From Escherichia coli (GTDB lineage Bacteria; Pseudomonadota; Gammaproteobacteria; Enterobacterales; Enterobacteriaceae): a stretch of 64,000 nt of DNA. Location of the stretch: assembly GCF_030013595.1 (NCBI RefSeq), contig NZ_CP122768.1; one strand, 5' to 3'. The notes under the pieces are model-generated. The model was not told the DNA's origin. It did not search any database and saw nothing but the letters and a program-made list of their open reading frames with translations. Within the stretch, counting starts at the first letter, position 1. Each line of letters starts with the position of its first letter. The position numbers were made by a program, and so were the translations under genes. Positions 29,244-41,399 of this stretch are shown in pieces.

Positions 29244-30503
29244 TCAACCAATCCCCATGCTTTCAGCCAGTGCTTCCAGCGCCTGTTCAAAGCACGCCAG
29301 CGGTGCCCGCACAGTGCCTGCGCCAATCTGCCCGATCCCCGCCTCTTTATGGGCGATACCGGTATTGATGAGTGGCGTAATGCCGGTTTCTACCACGCGA
29401 CGAATATCCAGCCCCAGGCACGCGCCCTGAAAATCCCAGCTTGGGATCTGCAACTGCATATTGCGTTCAAGGTAAATTTCCGCCATCTCTTCAGATACCG
29501 CTCTGGCCGCTTCCATGCCACCCGCACCGACAAAGCGCGTTACGCCAGGCGCTGCGATCATTGCCGCACCTCCGATACCAAAGGTTTCGGTAATTGCGCT
29601 ATCGCCCATATCCGGGTTCGCCTGCTCCTGCGAGAAGCCGGTGAAAAACAGACCTTGGGGAGTGTTTACAGGCGCAGTAAACCAGCGTTCGCCCAGCCCG
29701 CTGACCCGAATCCCGAACATATTGCCGTTGCGGGTCATAGCCGTGACGATGCTGCCTGCGCGGATCATCGCACCAGCATCCATCGCCGCCTTGCAGTAAG
29801 CCATCGCGAGGTTGAGGAAGAACTGATCGGTCACGCTGAGGAAATCCATCACTTCCGCGATGTGCTGTTTATCATGATCGAGGCGAGCAATTTGTGGGGC
29901 CAGCGCACGCATTAACAGTGCTGAGGAAGCAATATTGCGTTGATGGAACTCATCGCCCATGGTAATGCCCTGCGCCATCATCGCGGTAAGATCGATACCG
30001 TGCTCCATGCGCCCCAGCGCCGCGCTTAATACTGGCATTAACACATCGCGCATCCAGCGATGGCGAGTCAGGACATCTTCGCCGTAAGCGCCAAAACGCA
30101 TCACTTTGCCGATACCTTCGTTGAGGTTGCAGTACGCCCGGTTGCCGTCGGTCACGTTCTCGACCACCAGCATCGGCATACTGGCAGAAGTAATGCCGCC
30201 CATTGGCCCGACAGCATTCACATGGTGACAAGGAATGAAGTTCACTTCCCCCTGCTCCAGCATTGCCAGCGCCTGCGCTTCATCTTTCGCCCAGCCTTCA
30301 AACAGACATGCGCCCACACATGCCCCTTTCATGGGTCCGGTCATCTCCTGCCAGCGCATTGGCGGCCCGGCGTGAAGCAGTGTTTTGCCCTCGTTTAGTT
30401 CGCTGATAAGTGAAGAAGCCGGTTGCACATCCAGCCAGTGTGGACGAGCGCGACGAATTTGTTCGATAACCGCAGCATTGGCTTGCGCCACTGATGTAAA
30501 CAT
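29244..30503 (-). CDS. ylbE: YlbE (DUF1116), intact
   Basis: 419 aa continuous ORF. Confidence 0.8.
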   Translation of the reverse strand: MFTSVAQANAAVIEQIRRARPHWLDVQPASSLISELNEGKTLLHAGPPMRWQEMTGPMKGACVGACLFEGWAKDEAQALAMLEQGEVNFIPCHHVNAVGPMGGITSASMPMLVVENVTDGNRAYCNLNEGIGKVMRFGAYGEDVLTRHRWMRDVLMPVLSAALGRMEHGIDLTAMMAQGITMGDEFHQRNIASSALLMRALAPQIARLDHDKQHIAEVMDFLSVTDQFFLNLAMAYCKAAMDAGAMIRAGSIVTAMTRNGNMFGIRVSGLGERWFTAPVNTPQGLFFTGFSQEQANPDMGDSAITETFGIGGAAMIAAPGVTRFVGAGGMEAARAVSEEMAEIYLERNMQLQIPSWDFQGACLGLDIRRVVETGITPLINTGIAHKEAGIGQIGAGTVRAPLACFEQALEALAESMGIG

Positions 30504-30512
30504 GGGAACCCC

Positions 30513-32180
30513 TTATTGCAAACGTTCTAATAAACGAGCCAGTTTTTTATTGCCGCCGGCGACTGGCGACCATTGGTAATGCACTACCGGTTTGCTGGCG
30601 CTTTGTAGCTCCAGCGCAAAGCTGCGTAATCCAATGTTAATCACGGCGACGTTTTCCAGTAATGACGGTGTATGTGGCTGTGCGGCAGGCGAGAGCGGAT
30701 GAATTAACGCTGCCGCCAGCAAGGTGGCTTCCGGTAGCGAACTCACGACCACAATCCCCGCATCTTCCAGCGTGGCGATTTGCTGCGAGCGGCATTGCGG
30801 GTCACGTTCGGTACCTGTCACCGTGGCAATGGCGTACAGCGGTTGGCTGTCTGAACGCGCGGCACAGGCTTTTTGCCAGGCGCTCACCAGCGAGGCAGCA
30901 GGATCGGCGGTCGCGCCGAAGCCAATCACGACATCAAGCAGCAACACGCGCACTTGCGGTTTAGCGCCGAGATCGGCAATTAACTGGTTGCGTAAGGTTG
31001 GGTCGATCATCGGATGGGGACGCCCGACGGTGTAGAAATCATCGCCGAGGTCAATGATCTGGTGACCATCGGCGTCCAGCATCATGCCGTGATGATGGGT
31101 ATCGTCGGCTTCCACGCCAAGGTGTCCGGCAAGTAATCCCGCCGCTTCGGCAGCCAGCGTACCGCCGGTATACAAACCGCAAATAAATCCGCTGCTGGCA
31201 GGCGTTATCGCGTTACGTCGCGCCGAGACGCGTGAAAGCAGGCAAGCCAGGCGTGCGGCCTCATCCAGCGAGGAGGCAAACCAGACATTCTCGTCGCGGG
31301 CCACCGCCGGGGTATAACCTAAAAACAGCGCCACCGTCGGTTTGCCAGTTGCTTTCATGGCATTAACAATTTTCAGACGCACAGCTTCGGCAGGTGGTTT
31401 TGAAACAAATGCCAGCACTTCGCTTTTCGCGTCGGCGCTTAACATTTCCAGCGCCGTTAGCGCACTGATGCCGCCCACTTCACGGCTGAGGTCGCGCCCG
31501 CCAAGACCAATCGCGTGAGTAATTCCCTCCTCTGCCAGCGCAATCTGTGAGCACAGCTCCTGAATCCCGGTACCGGAAGCGCCAATGACGCCAATGTTGC
31601 CTTCCGGCATCACGTTAGCAAAAGCCAGCGGCGTGGCGGCAATCATCGACGTACCGCAGTCCGGCCCCATCACCAGCAAGCCTTTATCGCGTGCGCGGGT
31701 TTTGAGTTGGATTTCATCTTCCAGCGTGACGTTATCGGAGAACATCATCACGTTGAGGTTGCGATCCAGCGCCTGATTCGCCAGCTCCGCCGCATACTCG
31801 CCAGCCACTGAAATCAGCGCCAGACTGGCATCGGGTAATTTCTGACAGGCACTGTCCCAGCGACGCACCTGCGTCAACGCCTGGCTGCTGCCTGAACCCT
31901 GCGCCAGTTGTTTTAGCGCCTCTTCAAGCTGTTGCATAATCGCCTGCGCGATCCCCGCATCCGCCGCTTCGCTACGAATTGCCACGCAAATATCGTTCGG
32001 CGTGGCGTTATTAAAATCGTCATGCCAGAAACCTGTCGTCTCTAATAACGCTTTATTGGCGGGCGTACCCATCATTACGGAAACATCATCAACATTTTCT
32101 GATTCGCTTAGTTTTCGTGAAATAATCATTAAACTGACCGAATCCTGAAAACACCCTTTTTTAATAAAGGCGTGGATCAT
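30513..32180 (-). CDS. fdrA: FdrA (CoA-binding, succinyl-CoA synthetase-like)
   Basis: 555 aa. Confidence 0.85.
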   Translation of the reverse strand: MIHAFIKKGCFQDSVSLMIISRKLSESENVDDVSVMMGTPANKALLETTGFWHDDFNNATPNDICVAIRSEAADAGIAQAIMQQLEEALKQLAQGSGSSQALTQVRRWDSACQKLPDASLALISVAGEYAAELANQALDRNLNVMMFSDNVTLEDEIQLKTRARDKGLLVMGPDCGTSMIAATPLAFANVMPEGNIGVIGASGTGIQELCSQIALAEEGITHAIGLGGRDLSREVGGISALTALEMLSADAKSEVLAFVSKPPAEAVRLKIVNAMKATGKPTVALFLGYTPAVARDENVWFASSLDEAARLACLLSRVSARRNAITPASSGFICGLYTGGTLAAEAAGLLAGHLGVEADDTHHHGMMLDADGHQIIDLGDDFYTVGRPHPMIDPTLRNQLIADLGAKPQVRVLLLDVVIGFGATADPAASLVSAWQKACAARSDSQPLYAIATVTGTERDPQCRSQQIATLEDAGIVVVSSLPEATLLAAALIHPLSPAAQPHTPSLLENVAVINIGLRSFALELQSASKPVVHYQWSPVAGGNKKLARLLERLQ

Positions 32181-32497
32181 AACAACTCCTTAAAAATTGC
32201 ACCCATGGCAATTGCACGAGCAGTGTTAATGTGGCGATTACGGTATCGATGACAACGAGTAAATAAGGTGATGAATATCACACAGGGATTATTAACAAAA
32301 GAATTCAAATAACCGCCAGGCTATTACGTGTTATTTTTTTAATAAGCGTGGTTGTTTTAAAAACCAGGTTAAAAGCGAGCGGATTATCAAATAAATTCTA
32401 ACTATATTTTTTTGCCTGTCTGGATCACATAATCCAGATATTTTCCCTGTATGTTAATTGCAGTCATGCTTCACACCGTCGTTAAAAAGGAAGACAG

Positions 32498-33547
32498 ATG
32501 AAAATCAGTCGGGAAACACTCCACCAGCTAATCGAGAATAAACTCTGCCAGGCTGGGTTAAAACGTGAGCACGCTGCAACCGTGGCTGAAGTATTGGTTT
32601 ACGCCGATGCCAGAGGGATCCACTCTCATGGCGCGGTGCGCGTGGAATACTACGCGGAACGCATTTCAAAAGGCGGCACCAACCGCGAACCGGAGTTTCG
32701 TCTTGAGGAAACCGGGCCGTGTTCGGCAATTTTACATGCCGACAATGCTGCCGGACAGGTCGCGGCGAAAATGGGTATGGAACATGCCATCAAAACCGCC
32801 CAGCAAAAAGGCGTTGCGGTGGTCGGTATCAGCCGGATGGGTCACAGCGGCGCAATCTCTTATTTTGTACAGCAGGCAGCTCGCGCCGGGTTAATTGGCA
32901 TTTCGATGTGCCAGTCCGATCCAATGGTGGTGCCGTTTGGCGGCGCGGAAATTTACTACGGTACTAACCCACTGGCCTTTGCCGCGCCGGGAGAAGGCGA
33001 CGAGATCCTTACCTTTGATATGGCGACTACCGTACAGGCATGGGGAAAAGTGCTCGACGCCCGCTCGCGTAATATGTCTATCCCGGATACCTGGGCGGTC
33101 GATAAAAACGGTGCACCAACAACCGATCCATTTGCAGTTAACGCCCTGCTCCCTGCCGCCGGACCGAAAGGGTATGGCCTGATGATGATGATTGACGTCC
33201 TCTCAGGCGTCTTACTCGGCTTACCGTTCGGGCGACAGGTTAGTTCGATGTATGACGATTTACACGCCGGGCGTAATTTGGGGCAATTACATATCGTTAT
33301 TAACCCGAACTTTTTCTCCTCCAGCGAACTATTCCGTCAACATCTTAGCCAGACCATGCGCGAATTAAATGCCATAACCCCCGCGCCCGGTTTTAACCAG
33401 GTTTATTATCCCGGACAGGATCAGGATATTAAACAACGCAAAGCCGCCGTCGAAGGCATCGAAATTGTTGATGATATTTACCAGTATTTAATTTCTGACG
33501 CGCTTTATAACACGTCATACGAAACGAAAAATCCCTTTGCGCAATAA
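32498..33547 (+). CDS. allD: Ureidoglycolate dehydrogenase AllD
   Basis: 349 aa Ldh_2 family. Confidence 0.9.
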   Translation: MKISRETLHQLIENKLCQAGLKREHAATVAEVLVYADARGIHSHGAVRVEYYAERISKGGTNREPEFRLEETGPCSAILHADNAAGQVAAKMGMEHAIKTAQQKGVAVVGISRMGHSGAISYFVQQAARAGLIGISMCQSDPMVVPFGGAEIYYGTNPLAFAAPGEGDEILTFDMATTVQAWGKVLDARSRNMSIPDTWAVDKNGAPTTDPFAVNALLPAAGPKGYGLMMMIDVLSGVLLGLPFGRQVSSMYDDLHAGRNLGQLHIVINPNFFSSSELFRQHLSQTMRELNAITPAPGFNQVYYPGQDQDIKQRKAAVEGIEIVDDIYQYLISDALYNTSYETKNPFAQ

Positions 33548-33568
33548 TTATTGAGACAGGACTTTCTT

Positions 33569-34804
33569 ATGATTACACATTTCCGTCAAGCCATAGAAGA
33601 AACGCTGCCCTGGCTTTCCTCTTTTGGCGCTGACCCAACGGGTGGGATGACCCGTTTACTTTATTCGCCGGAATGGCTGGAAACTCAGCAGCAATTTAAA
33701 AAAAGAATGGCAGCAAGCGGGCTGGAAACACGTTTCGATGAAGTGGGGAATTTATATGGTCGCCTGAGTGGCACCGAATATCCACAAGAAGTGGTTCTGA
33801 GCGGTTCGCATATCGATACCGTGGTTAACGGCGGTAACCTCGACGGGCAATTCGGCGCGCTGGCGGCGTGGCTGGCAATTGACTGGCTGAAAACGCAATA
33901 CGGCGCGCCGTTACGTACGGTCGAAGTGGTGGCGATGGCAGAAGAAGAAGGCAGCCGCTTCCCGTATGTCTTCTGGGGCAGTAAAAATATCTTTGGGCTG
34001 GCGAATCCTGACGACGTGCGGAATATCTGTGATGCCAAAGGAAATAGTTTTGTCGATGCGATGAAGGCTTGCGGATTTACTCTGCCGAACGCCCCACTAA
34101 CTCCGCGTCAGGATATTAAAGCCTTTGTTGAACTGCATATTGAACAGGGCTGTGTGCTGGAAAGCAATGGGCAGTCAATTGGCGTGGTGAATGCAATTGT
34201 CGGGCAGCGTCGTTATACGGTGACGCTGAACGGCGAATCAAACCATGCAGGCACCACGCCGATGGGTTATCGTCGTGATACGGTTTACGCTTTCAGTCGC
34301 ATTTGCCATCAGTCTGTCGAAAAAGCGAAAAAGATGGGCGATCCGCTGGTTCTGACCTTTGGCAAAGTAGAGCCGCGCCCGAATACGGTGAATGTGGTGC
34401 CGGGTAAAACCACGTTCACCATTGATTGTCGCCATACCGATGCTGCCGTGCTGCGCGATTTCACCCAACAGTTAGAAAACGACATGCGGGCGATTTGCGA
34501 TGAAATGGACATTGGTATTGATATCGATTTATGGATGGACGAAGAACCCGTGCCGATGAACAAGGAACTGGTCGCCACCCTGACAGAATTGTGTGAACGC
34601 GAAAAACTGAATTACCGGGTGATGCACAGTGGTGCCGGGCACGACGCACAAATTTTCGCGCCGCGCGTGCCGACCTGCATGATTTTTATCCCCAGCATCA
34701 ACGGGATCAGCCATAACCCGGCAGAACGCACCAATATTACCGACCTTGCCGAAGGGGTCAAAACGTTGGCACTCATGCTTTATCAACTTGCCTGGCAGAA
34801 ATAA
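33569..34804 (+). CDS. allC: Allantoate amidohydrolase AllC
   Basis: 411 aa from MITHFRQAIEE; M20 peptidase family. Confidence 0.9.
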   Translation: MITHFRQAIEETLPWLSSFGADPTGGMTRLLYSPEWLETQQQFKKRMAASGLETRFDEVGNLYGRLSGTEYPQEVVLSGSHIDTVVNGGNLDGQFGALAAWLAIDWLKTQYGAPLRTVEVVAMAEEEGSRFPYVFWGSKNIFGLANPDDVRNICDAKGNSFVDAMKACGFTLPNAPLTPRQDIKAFVELHIEQGCVLESNGQSIGVVNAIVGQRRYTVTLNGESNHAGTTPMGYRRDTVYAFSRICHQSVEKAKKMGDPLVLTFGKVEPRPNTVNVVPGKTTFTIDCRHTDAAVLRDFTQQLENDMRAICDEMDIGIDIDLWMDEEPVPMNKELVATLTELCEREKLNYRVMHSGAGHDAQIFAPRVPTCMIFIPSINGISHNPAERTNITDLAEGVKTLALMLYQLAWQK

Positions 34805-34814
34805 GGAGTTATAA

Positions 34815-35600
34815 ATGGGATATTTAAATAACGTCACCGGTTACCGCGATGATTTACTGGCTAACCGTGCGATTGTGAAACACGGTAATTTCGCGCTGCT
34901 AACCCCGGACGGTCTGGTAAAAAATATTATTCCGGGCTTTGAAAATTGTGACGCGACAATCCTCTCCACGCCAAAGCTGGGTGCCTCTTTTGTTGATTAT
35001 CTGGTCACACTGCATCAAAACGGTGGCAACCAACAGGGCTTCGGGGGCGAAGGCATTGAAACGTTCCTGTATGTGATCTCTGGAAATATCACTGCCAAAG
35101 CCGAAGGTAAAACATTTGCCTTAAGCGAAGGTGGCTATCTTTATTGCCCACTAGGCTCCTTAATGACGTTTGTTAACGCCCAGGCCGAAGACAGCCAAAT
35201 CTTTTTATATAAGCGTCGCTATGTTCCGGTAGAAGGTCATGCGCCGTGGCTGGTTTCTGGCAATGCCAGCGAACTCGAACGCATTCATTATGAAGGCATG
35301 GACGATGTTATTCTGCTGGATTTTCTGCCCAAAGAGTTAGGTTTTGATATGAACATGCATATCCTCTCTTTTGCGCCAGGTGCCAGCCACGGTTATATCG
35401 AAACTCACGTCCAGGAACACGGTGCCTATATTCTTTCCGGTCAGGGGGTTTATAACCTCGACAATAACTGGATCCCGGTGAAAAAAGGCGATTACATCTT
35501 TATGGGCGCTTATTCCTTACAGGCCGGTTATGGCGTAGGGCGTGGTGAAGCGTTTAGTTATATTTACTCAAAAGATTGCAACCGCGACGTAGAGATTTAA
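34815..35600 (+). CDS. allE: (S)-ureidoglycine aminohydrolase AllE (cupin)
   Basis: 261 aa. Confidence 0.9.
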   Translation: MGYLNNVTGYRDDLLANRAIVKHGNFALLTPDGLVKNIIPGFENCDATILSTPKLGASFVDYLVTLHQNGGNQQGFGGEGIETFLYVISGNITAKAEGKTFALSEGGYLYCPLGSLMTFVNAQAEDSQIFLYKRRYVPVEGHAPWLVSGNASELERIHYEGMDDVILLDFLPKELGFDMNMHILSFAPGASHGYIETHVQEHGAYILSGQGVYNLDNNWIPVKKGDYIFMGAYSLQAGYGVGRGEAFSYIYSKDCNRDVEI

Positions 35601-35642
35601 GTCATACCACTCGCCTGATTATTTTTAGCTATGTTGGATTTT

Positions 35643-35669
35643 GCCACGGTTTATACCGTGGCTTTTTTT
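35643..35669 (+). terminator. Rho-independent terminator after allE
   Basis: gccacggt-ttat-accgtggc followed by ttttttt. Confidence 0.6.
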
Positions 35670-35684
35670 GCGGTAAATTCAGGT

Positions 35685-35714
35685 AAAAAACGGATGCGGG
35701 ATAAAATGCATCCG
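35685..35714 (-). terminator. Rho-independent terminator after glxK
   Basis: cggatgc...gcatccg hairpin with U-run on the minus strand. Confidence 0.5.
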
Positions 35715-35729
35715 CTCTAATGGCAAGAG

Positions 35730-36875
35730 TCAGTTTTTAATTCCCTGACCTATTTTAATGGCGCAGGCAATATTTCGTGCGCTGTTGAAGAGATTGGTTT
35801 CACCGCTGGCGAGCACTTCGGCTAAAGGTGCCAGACGTGGCAAAATGCTGAACACCGCGTCAATGCCGTACTGGTGCACCACTTCCACGCCATCACCCAA
35901 TACGCCAGCAATCCCAATCACCGGGACATTAAACTGCTTCGCCACCGACGCCACGCCCAGCGGCGCTTTACCACCTGCCGTTTGCGAGTCGATGCGCCCT
36001 TCCCCGGTGATCACCAGCGCTGCACCCTGCACCGCCTGCTCCAGGTTGACTGCCCGCAGTACAATCTCAATACCCGGTTTAATATCCGCATTGAGGAATA
36101 CCGCCGCCGCAATACCCATCCCGCCCGCCGCGCCGCCGCCCGTCATCTGGCAGACGTTGATTTCAGTTTGCTGTTGTAAAACACGGGCGTAATTTTGCAG
36201 CCCCTGCTCCAGCTCTTCGACCATTTCCGGCGTTGCCCCTTTTTGCGGGCCGAACACCGCCGCCGCGCCGCGTGCCCCTACCAGCGGGTTATCAACGTCA
36301 CATGCCACTTCAATACGGCTGTTCGCCAGACGCGGATCGCATTCATCCATCTCAATGCTTGCCACGCGCACTAAATTGCCGCCGTTAGCCACCAGCACCT
36401 GACCGTCGGCATCAAGGAAACGCACACCAAGCGCCTGCGCCATGCCCATACCACCGTCGACCGTCGCACTGCCGCCTATGCCGAGAATAATATGGCGAAT
36501 GCCGTTATCCAGCGCATGACGAATTAACTCCCCCGTACCAAAACTGGAGGCCAGCAACGGATTACGCTTTTCAGGCGCGACCAGCATCAGACCACTTGCT
36601 GCCGCCATCTCAATCACTGCCGTTTTCCCGTCGCCGGTAAGGCCATAAAAAGCATTCACTTTTTCGCCCATCGGTCCACAGACTTCAAGCTTCACGATGT
36701 TACCGTCCGTCGCGGCAACCATCGCCTCCACCGTCCCTTCGCCGCCATCCGCTATCGGCAAACAGATATAGTGCGCATCGGGAAATATGGTCGAAAACCC
36801 GGCTTTAATTGCCTGACAACATTTTTCTGCACTTAAGCTCTCTTTAAAAGAGTCTGGCGCAATGACAATCTTCAT
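35730..36875 (-). CDS. glxK: Glycerate 2-kinase GlxK
   Basis: 381 aa from [16 protein letters not shown]. Confidence 0.9.
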   Translation of the reverse strand: MKIVIAPDSFKESLSAEKCCQAIKAGFSTIFPDAHYICLPIADGGEGTVEAMVAATDGNIVKLEVCGPMGEKVNAFYGLTGDGKTAVIEMAAASGLMLVAPEKRNPLLASSFGTGELIRHALDNGIRHIILGIGGSATVDGGMGMAQALGVRFLDADGQVLVANGGNLVRVASIEMDECDPRLANSRIEVACDVDNPLVGARGAAAVFGPQKGATPEMVEELEQGLQNYARVLQQQTEINVCQMTGGGAAGGMGIAAAVFLNADIKPGIEIVLRAVNLEQAVQGAALVITGEGRIDSQTAGGKAPLGVASVAKQFNVPVIGIAGVLGDGVEVVHQYGIDAVFSILPRLAPLAEVLASGETNLFNSARNIACAIKIGQGIKN

Positions 36876-36896
36876 TATCAATCCTTTTTCAACAAA

Positions 36897-38204
36897 TTAT
36901 TCGATGCGTTCCCACGGAATAAGATTATCCATAAGAACAGCCAGTAAAATTCCGACCAGTAAGCCGTTACTGAGCAGAGGACGAAGCGTTAATGGAAGGT
37001 CTTGCAGATACACAGGCGGTAATGCCATTAAAAATATGCCGACAAATAACGGCAATGCGAGTCGATAAATATTGCGAGCGGTAAACGTTATTTGCTGGCT
37101 AAACACCAGCGCAGAAAAGAGTAAAGGCAGATAAGAAACCAGCATGACCGCGCTACTCACTGGTAAAGGGATACTGCAAAACAGTCGCGTGAGTGCCGGA
37201 ACCAGTGCCACCAGCAGGCAAATAACGCTGCCATAAATAAACGAACGCCGCGTGTAATCGCCTGTCTGGGTTAATAAACCAATGGATGAAACAAACGGTG
37301 AAAATGGAATTACTGCCAGCGGCACGGTTATCAGTGTCATAAATCCGGTCGCCACAAAGCTACGACGATAACGCGTATTCCCCGCCCCCTGCTGCGGATA
37401 AAAAACATCCGTGCCCCGAATCGCACCGTAGGTATTGCTGATATTTACCAGACCTGTAATCACCGCCGTCAGAATAATCCCCGGCGACAAAGCACCGCCA
37501 CTGCCGAGCGGGAACCACTGCCAGTGCAACTCACCGGAGAGCGAATGCGAAGAAGGAAAGCAAAAGTACCACAACAACCAGCCAGTTATCGTGCCGACCA
37601 GCAGGCCGTAACGGGCAAAACGTTGTGGCAGGAAAATAATCATCGCCAGTACCAGGCACATCACCGCCACCGAGAGCGCGAACGGCGGTAACTGAATCTT
37701 AAAATTCGGGTCGGCTATGCCAAACGGCAGCCCGAGCATACCTTTGAAAAAGATAGTGGTCAGTTGCGCGCCCAGCATCAACATAAACAAAACCATCACC
37801 GACGGCGTAAATAACCGCGCCAGGCGATGGCCTAATCCGCTAAAACCAATCAACATCGTCAGCACGCCAGAGAGCGCAATCCCCACCGACAGGCTGGTAG
37901 CGATATCGTTGATCGGTGTCCCGCGCGATGCTTCGCCAAGGGTGATAGTAAGGATGGTTCCCCACCACAGGCCACCCGGCCCTTCCATAATAGCGCGGCG
38001 ATGACCGCAGAACGCCTGAGCGAAGCAGGCCAGTGCGGTAGCAAGAAAAGCATATTGCGTGAGCGTAAGCAGGCTACTTTGCGGCAACTGAAAAGCAGAA
38101 AGTAGCGTAGGAGGAACCACAACAGTGTTGCAAAAAATAAAGAAAAACCACTGAAACCCAGATAACAGGCTTTCGCGGCTCACTGCAAAATTGAACATAA
38201 ACAC
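36897..38204 (-). CDS. ybbY: Putative purine permease YbbY (NCS2 family)
   Basis: Multi-pass membrane protein, about 433 aa. Confidence 0.85.
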   Translation of the reverse strand: MFMFNFAVSRESLLSGFQWFFFIFCNTVVVPPTLLSAFQLPQSSLLTLTQYAFLATALACFAQAFCGHRRAIMEGPGGLWWGTILTITLGEASRGTPINDIATSLSVGIALSGVLTMLIGFSGLGHRLARLFTPSVMVLFMLMLGAQLTTIFFKGMLGLPFGIADPNFKIQLPPFALSVAVMCLVLAMIIFLPQRFARYGLLVGTITGWLLWYFCFPSSHSLSGELHWQWFPLGSGGALSPGIILTAVITGLVNISNTYGAIRGTDVFYPQQGAGNTRYRRSFVATGFMTLITVPLAVIPFSPFVSSIGLLTQTGDYTRRSFIYGSVICLLVALVPALTRLFCSIPLPVSSAVMLVSYLPLLFSALVFSQQITFTARNIYRLALPLFVGIFLMALPPVYLQDLPLTLRPLLSNGLLVGILLAVLMDNLIPWERIE

Positions 38205-38254
38205 ACCTTAACCGGAGAATGCCCGCCACAAGGACGGGCATTGCAGGGGCCAGA

Positions 38255-39616
38255 TTACTGCTGATGTTTAAGGATAAATTGACCTTTCGGCGCAACAGGG
38301 AAGCCCTGTTCGATGTCGTAAATCACATCACCACGTAAGATGGTTTTCGTGATACGCGCGCCAATGGTACGGCCAACATACGGGCTGACTTTGTGGCGAT
38401 ATTCCAGATCGTCATTGGTAAGAACATAGCTGCTATTCGGCTGAATGAAGACGAAGTCGGCATCTTTTCCTGGGGCGATACGGCCTTTTTGCTGCAGACC
38501 GAAAATATCCGCCGCGTTGGTGGCCATTAGTTTGCCAAACATCGGCAAAGACATACCGCGTTTCTGTACCGCTTCATCGAACATCACGTCCATGCAGCTT
38601 TGCAGACCAGCGATACCGCCCCATGCTTCCATGATGTTGCCTGCTTTCATTTCAGGCGGGCATGGAGAGTGGTCGGAAACCAGGCAGTCAATTTCACCGT
38701 TAAACAGTTTTTCCCACATGCCTTTCTGGTTTTCCAGATCGCGGATCGGCGGTGAACACTTCGCCAGGGTGCCAATTTTTTCGAACTGATCGGTATCCAG
38801 CACAAAATAATGTGGGCAGGATTCACAGGTAACATCCTGACCTTCCTGACGTGCACGAGTGACTTCCTCAACACCTTCCGGGCTGCTGACGTGGCAAACG
38901 TGCAGACGGCAACCAGCGACTTTCGCCAGGTACAGCACGCGGCGAATCGCTTCCACTTCGGTAAATACCGGGCGCGAAGCCACATAGTCATGAGCGGTTA
39001 CGCGACCTTCACGCTTCGCTTCTTCGCCCAGTGCGTCACAGATCAGCGCGTTTTCGCAGTGCACCAACACCGGCTGGCCTAGTTCACCCAGCTTCTGCGC
39101 ACCTTTGAAGAATTGCCAGTCATTGACGTCACGGAAGTCGTTGTCGATACCGCGATCGCCACAGGTCGCAACGAAGCATTTGAAGCCGACAACGCCCACT
39201 TCATCCAGCTCATGCAGACGGTCAATGTTGTAAGACACCAGGCCACCGAGTTGTGCCGCATCGATAGTCAGCTTGCCTTTAGCGGCATCGAACTTCAGTT
39301 CAATTGAAGCGCGGTCAACCGTTGCAGGCAACTGGTTGAGCGGCATTTCGATCATGGTGGTGATACCGCCTTTTGCCGCTGCGCGAGTACCGGTTTCATA
39401 ACCTTCCCAGTGGCTACGACCTGGCTCAGAAATATGGGTATGCGCATCGACCATGCCCGGCGAAACCACCAGACCAGACGCATCCATAACGTCTTTTGCA
39501 TCGCCCAGATCCTGACCGATAGCAGCAATTTTTCCGCCTTTAACGGCGATATCTACAACGCGAGCTTCGTTTTCTAAAATAACGGTGCCGTTTTTAATGA
39601 TTAAATCAAAAGACAT
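38255..39616 (-). CDS. allB: Allantoinase AllB
   Basis: 453 aa cyclic amidohydrolase, [17 protein letters not shown]... Confidence 0.95.
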   Translation of the reverse strand: MSFDLIIKNGTVILENEARVVDIAVKGGKIAAIGQDLGDAKDVMDASGLVVSPGMVDAHTHISEPGRSHWEGYETGTRAAAKGGITTMIEMPLNQLPATVDRASIELKFDAAKGKLTIDAAQLGGLVSYNIDRLHELDEVGVVGFKCFVATCGDRGIDNDFRDVNDWQFFKGAQKLGELGQPVLVHCENALICDALGEEAKREGRVTAHDYVASRPVFTEVEAIRRVLYLAKVAGCRLHVCHVSSPEGVEEVTRARQEGQDVTCESCPHYFVLDTDQFEKIGTLAKCSPPIRDLENQKGMWEKLFNGEIDCLVSDHSPCPPEMKAGNIMEAWGGIAGLQSCMDVMFDEAVQKRGMSLPMFGKLMATNAADIFGLQQKGRIAPGKDADFVFIQPNSSYVLTNDDLEYRHKVSPYVGRTIGARITKTILRGDVIYDIEQGFPVAPKGQFILKHQQ

Positions 39617-39675
39617 AACAAACTCCTTGTAAAATACAGATTGGTTTTTAACTCAATGTTCAATATCGTGATTAA

Positions 39676-41130
39676 TTAACCTATGGTTTTTTGTTCTCCT
39701 GTTTTTTCTGCTGTTGTACGTTTCTTTAATAAGGCGTAGGCCGCAAAGGCGACGATGACGCCGACAAACCATGAAACACGCGATAACGGTTCCATAAAGG
39801 GAATAAACTTACCGCCAAGAGATAAAATAACGGCCACCAGAGTTACTGAGAACGCTGTGAGGTTAAAGCCGTTATCGTAATATTTAAAATCACCTGGTGC
39901 AGTGTACAGCTCGTCAAGATTAATTTGCCCACGCATCACCACAAAATAATGCGCCATCATCACACCAATTACCGGACCAAGCATTCCGCCAATAATATCG
40001 AGGAACAGATAAATACTGTCCTGATTTTCCATTAATTTCCACGGGCAGATCAGCAGGCTGATAATACTGGCAATCAGTACGCCGTTTTTATAGGTCAGTT
40101 TCGTCGGTGCAATAGCGGCAATCTGATAACCGGCCGGAATAATATTACCGGTGGCGTTAGTGGAAATGGTCGTCATCAGAATAACCAGTACCGCAAAGAA
40201 CGAGGCGAACAGACTGTCCCAACGCTGAACAATATCCAGCACGTTCCAGGTATCTGCGCCGTAATGAATACTGGCTCCGGCAATAATACATACCCCGGCG
40301 ACCGCAAACAGAATATAGGCCACAACTAAACCCAGCGTTTGCCCCAGCGCCTGCTCACGAAACGAGTGGGCGTTTTGCGTAAAGTCGGATGCGCTCACCG
40401 CCGGTGCCGCCCAGACCGCAACCACCGCGTTTATCACCACCAGAAACAGGAAGCCACTGTTTTCTGCTTTCTGAATACCGCTCGGGATATAGTCAAAGAT
40501 TGGACCGATCCCAACCAGCGAAACCGCCCAAATCGCCATGCCGCCGAAGACGATATAGATGCACGGGTTAAGAATGGCGGTGAATTTATTTAAAACTTTG
40601 CCGCCGCCAAAACCAATACCAACGTTTACCAGCCAGAAGAGTAAGAAAGTAATTAAGCCCGGTAGAGAAAGGCCTAACAGGGTGAAATCGCCACCGAGAG
40701 TCAAAAATCCCGGCCAGATTTTGCCAATCAGAATCAAGCAGGCCAGTGACCCCGCGTAACATTGCAGGCCAAACCACATAATGGCAGCAATTCCGCCCCT
40801 TAATAATCCGGGAAACAGTGCACCACGTACGCCGTAAGAAGCACGCAGGATCATGGAAAATGGTACGCCGTATTTACTGCCCGCAGCACCGTTTAATACC
40901 ATTACCGCGGCAATGAAAAAGGCACTGAGGATAATTGCCAGCATAATACTAAAGGTAGACAAGCCGAGAATAAAAAAGCCGCCAACCATCACATAATGGG
41001 GAACGTTATGAACCGAACCCATCCATAAGGTAAAATAGTTAAATGTTTTCCAGGTCCGCTGGCTTTGCGTTTTCGGCAATAGATCTTCGCTATAGCCGCG
41101 TTGCTGGAATAGTTTTCTCTGATGTTCCAT
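39676..41130 (-). CDS. ybbW: Allantoin permease YbbW (NCS1 family)
   Basis: 484 aa multi-pass membrane protein. Confidence 0.9.
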   Translation of the reverse strand: MEHQRKLFQQRGYSEDLLPKTQSQRTWKTFNYFTLWMGSVHNVPHYVMVGGFFILGLSTFSIMLAIILSAFFIAAVMVLNGAAGSKYGVPFSMILRASYGVRGALFPGLLRGGIAAIMWFGLQCYAGSLACLILIGKIWPGFLTLGGDFTLLGLSLPGLITFLLFWLVNVGIGFGGGKVLNKFTAILNPCIYIVFGGMAIWAVSLVGIGPIFDYIPSGIQKAENSGFLFLVVINAVVAVWAAPAVSASDFTQNAHSFREQALGQTLGLVVAYILFAVAGVCIIAGASIHYGADTWNVLDIVQRWDSLFASFFAVLVILMTTISTNATGNIIPAGYQIAAIAPTKLTYKNGVLIASIISLLICPWKLMENQDSIYLFLDIIGGMLGPVIGVMMAHYFVVMRGQINLDELYTAPGDFKYYDNGFNLTAFSVTLVAVILSLGGKFIPFMEPLSRVSWFVGVIVAFAAYALLKKRTTAEKTGEQKTIG

Positions 41131-41399
41131 AAATCCCTCTTAATTTCACGTATCGAATAACGTTGTTTTAATCTAGCTATGAGGAACAAATAAAATAAAA
41201 AATATTATTTTTAATGCTGAAGCAACATCTTTGGCTGCTTTCTTTTTTTAATATTGCTGGCCGATTCATTTTCTGATATCGGCCATTTTTATTGCGGGTA
41301 TCAGGCCAGTTTATGGTTAGCCATTAATTCCAGCGCCTGCACTAACGCAGAGTGATCCAACTGGCTGCCACCGTTTGCCGCACAGGTATTAAATAACTC

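Noticed and set aside
41257-41295. Hairpin ggccgat...atcggcc plus T-run downstream of the native glxR stop
   Set aside because: The T-run is on the plus strand, so it cannot be the terminator for minus-strand glxR, and there is no plus-strand gene upstream. Function unclear.
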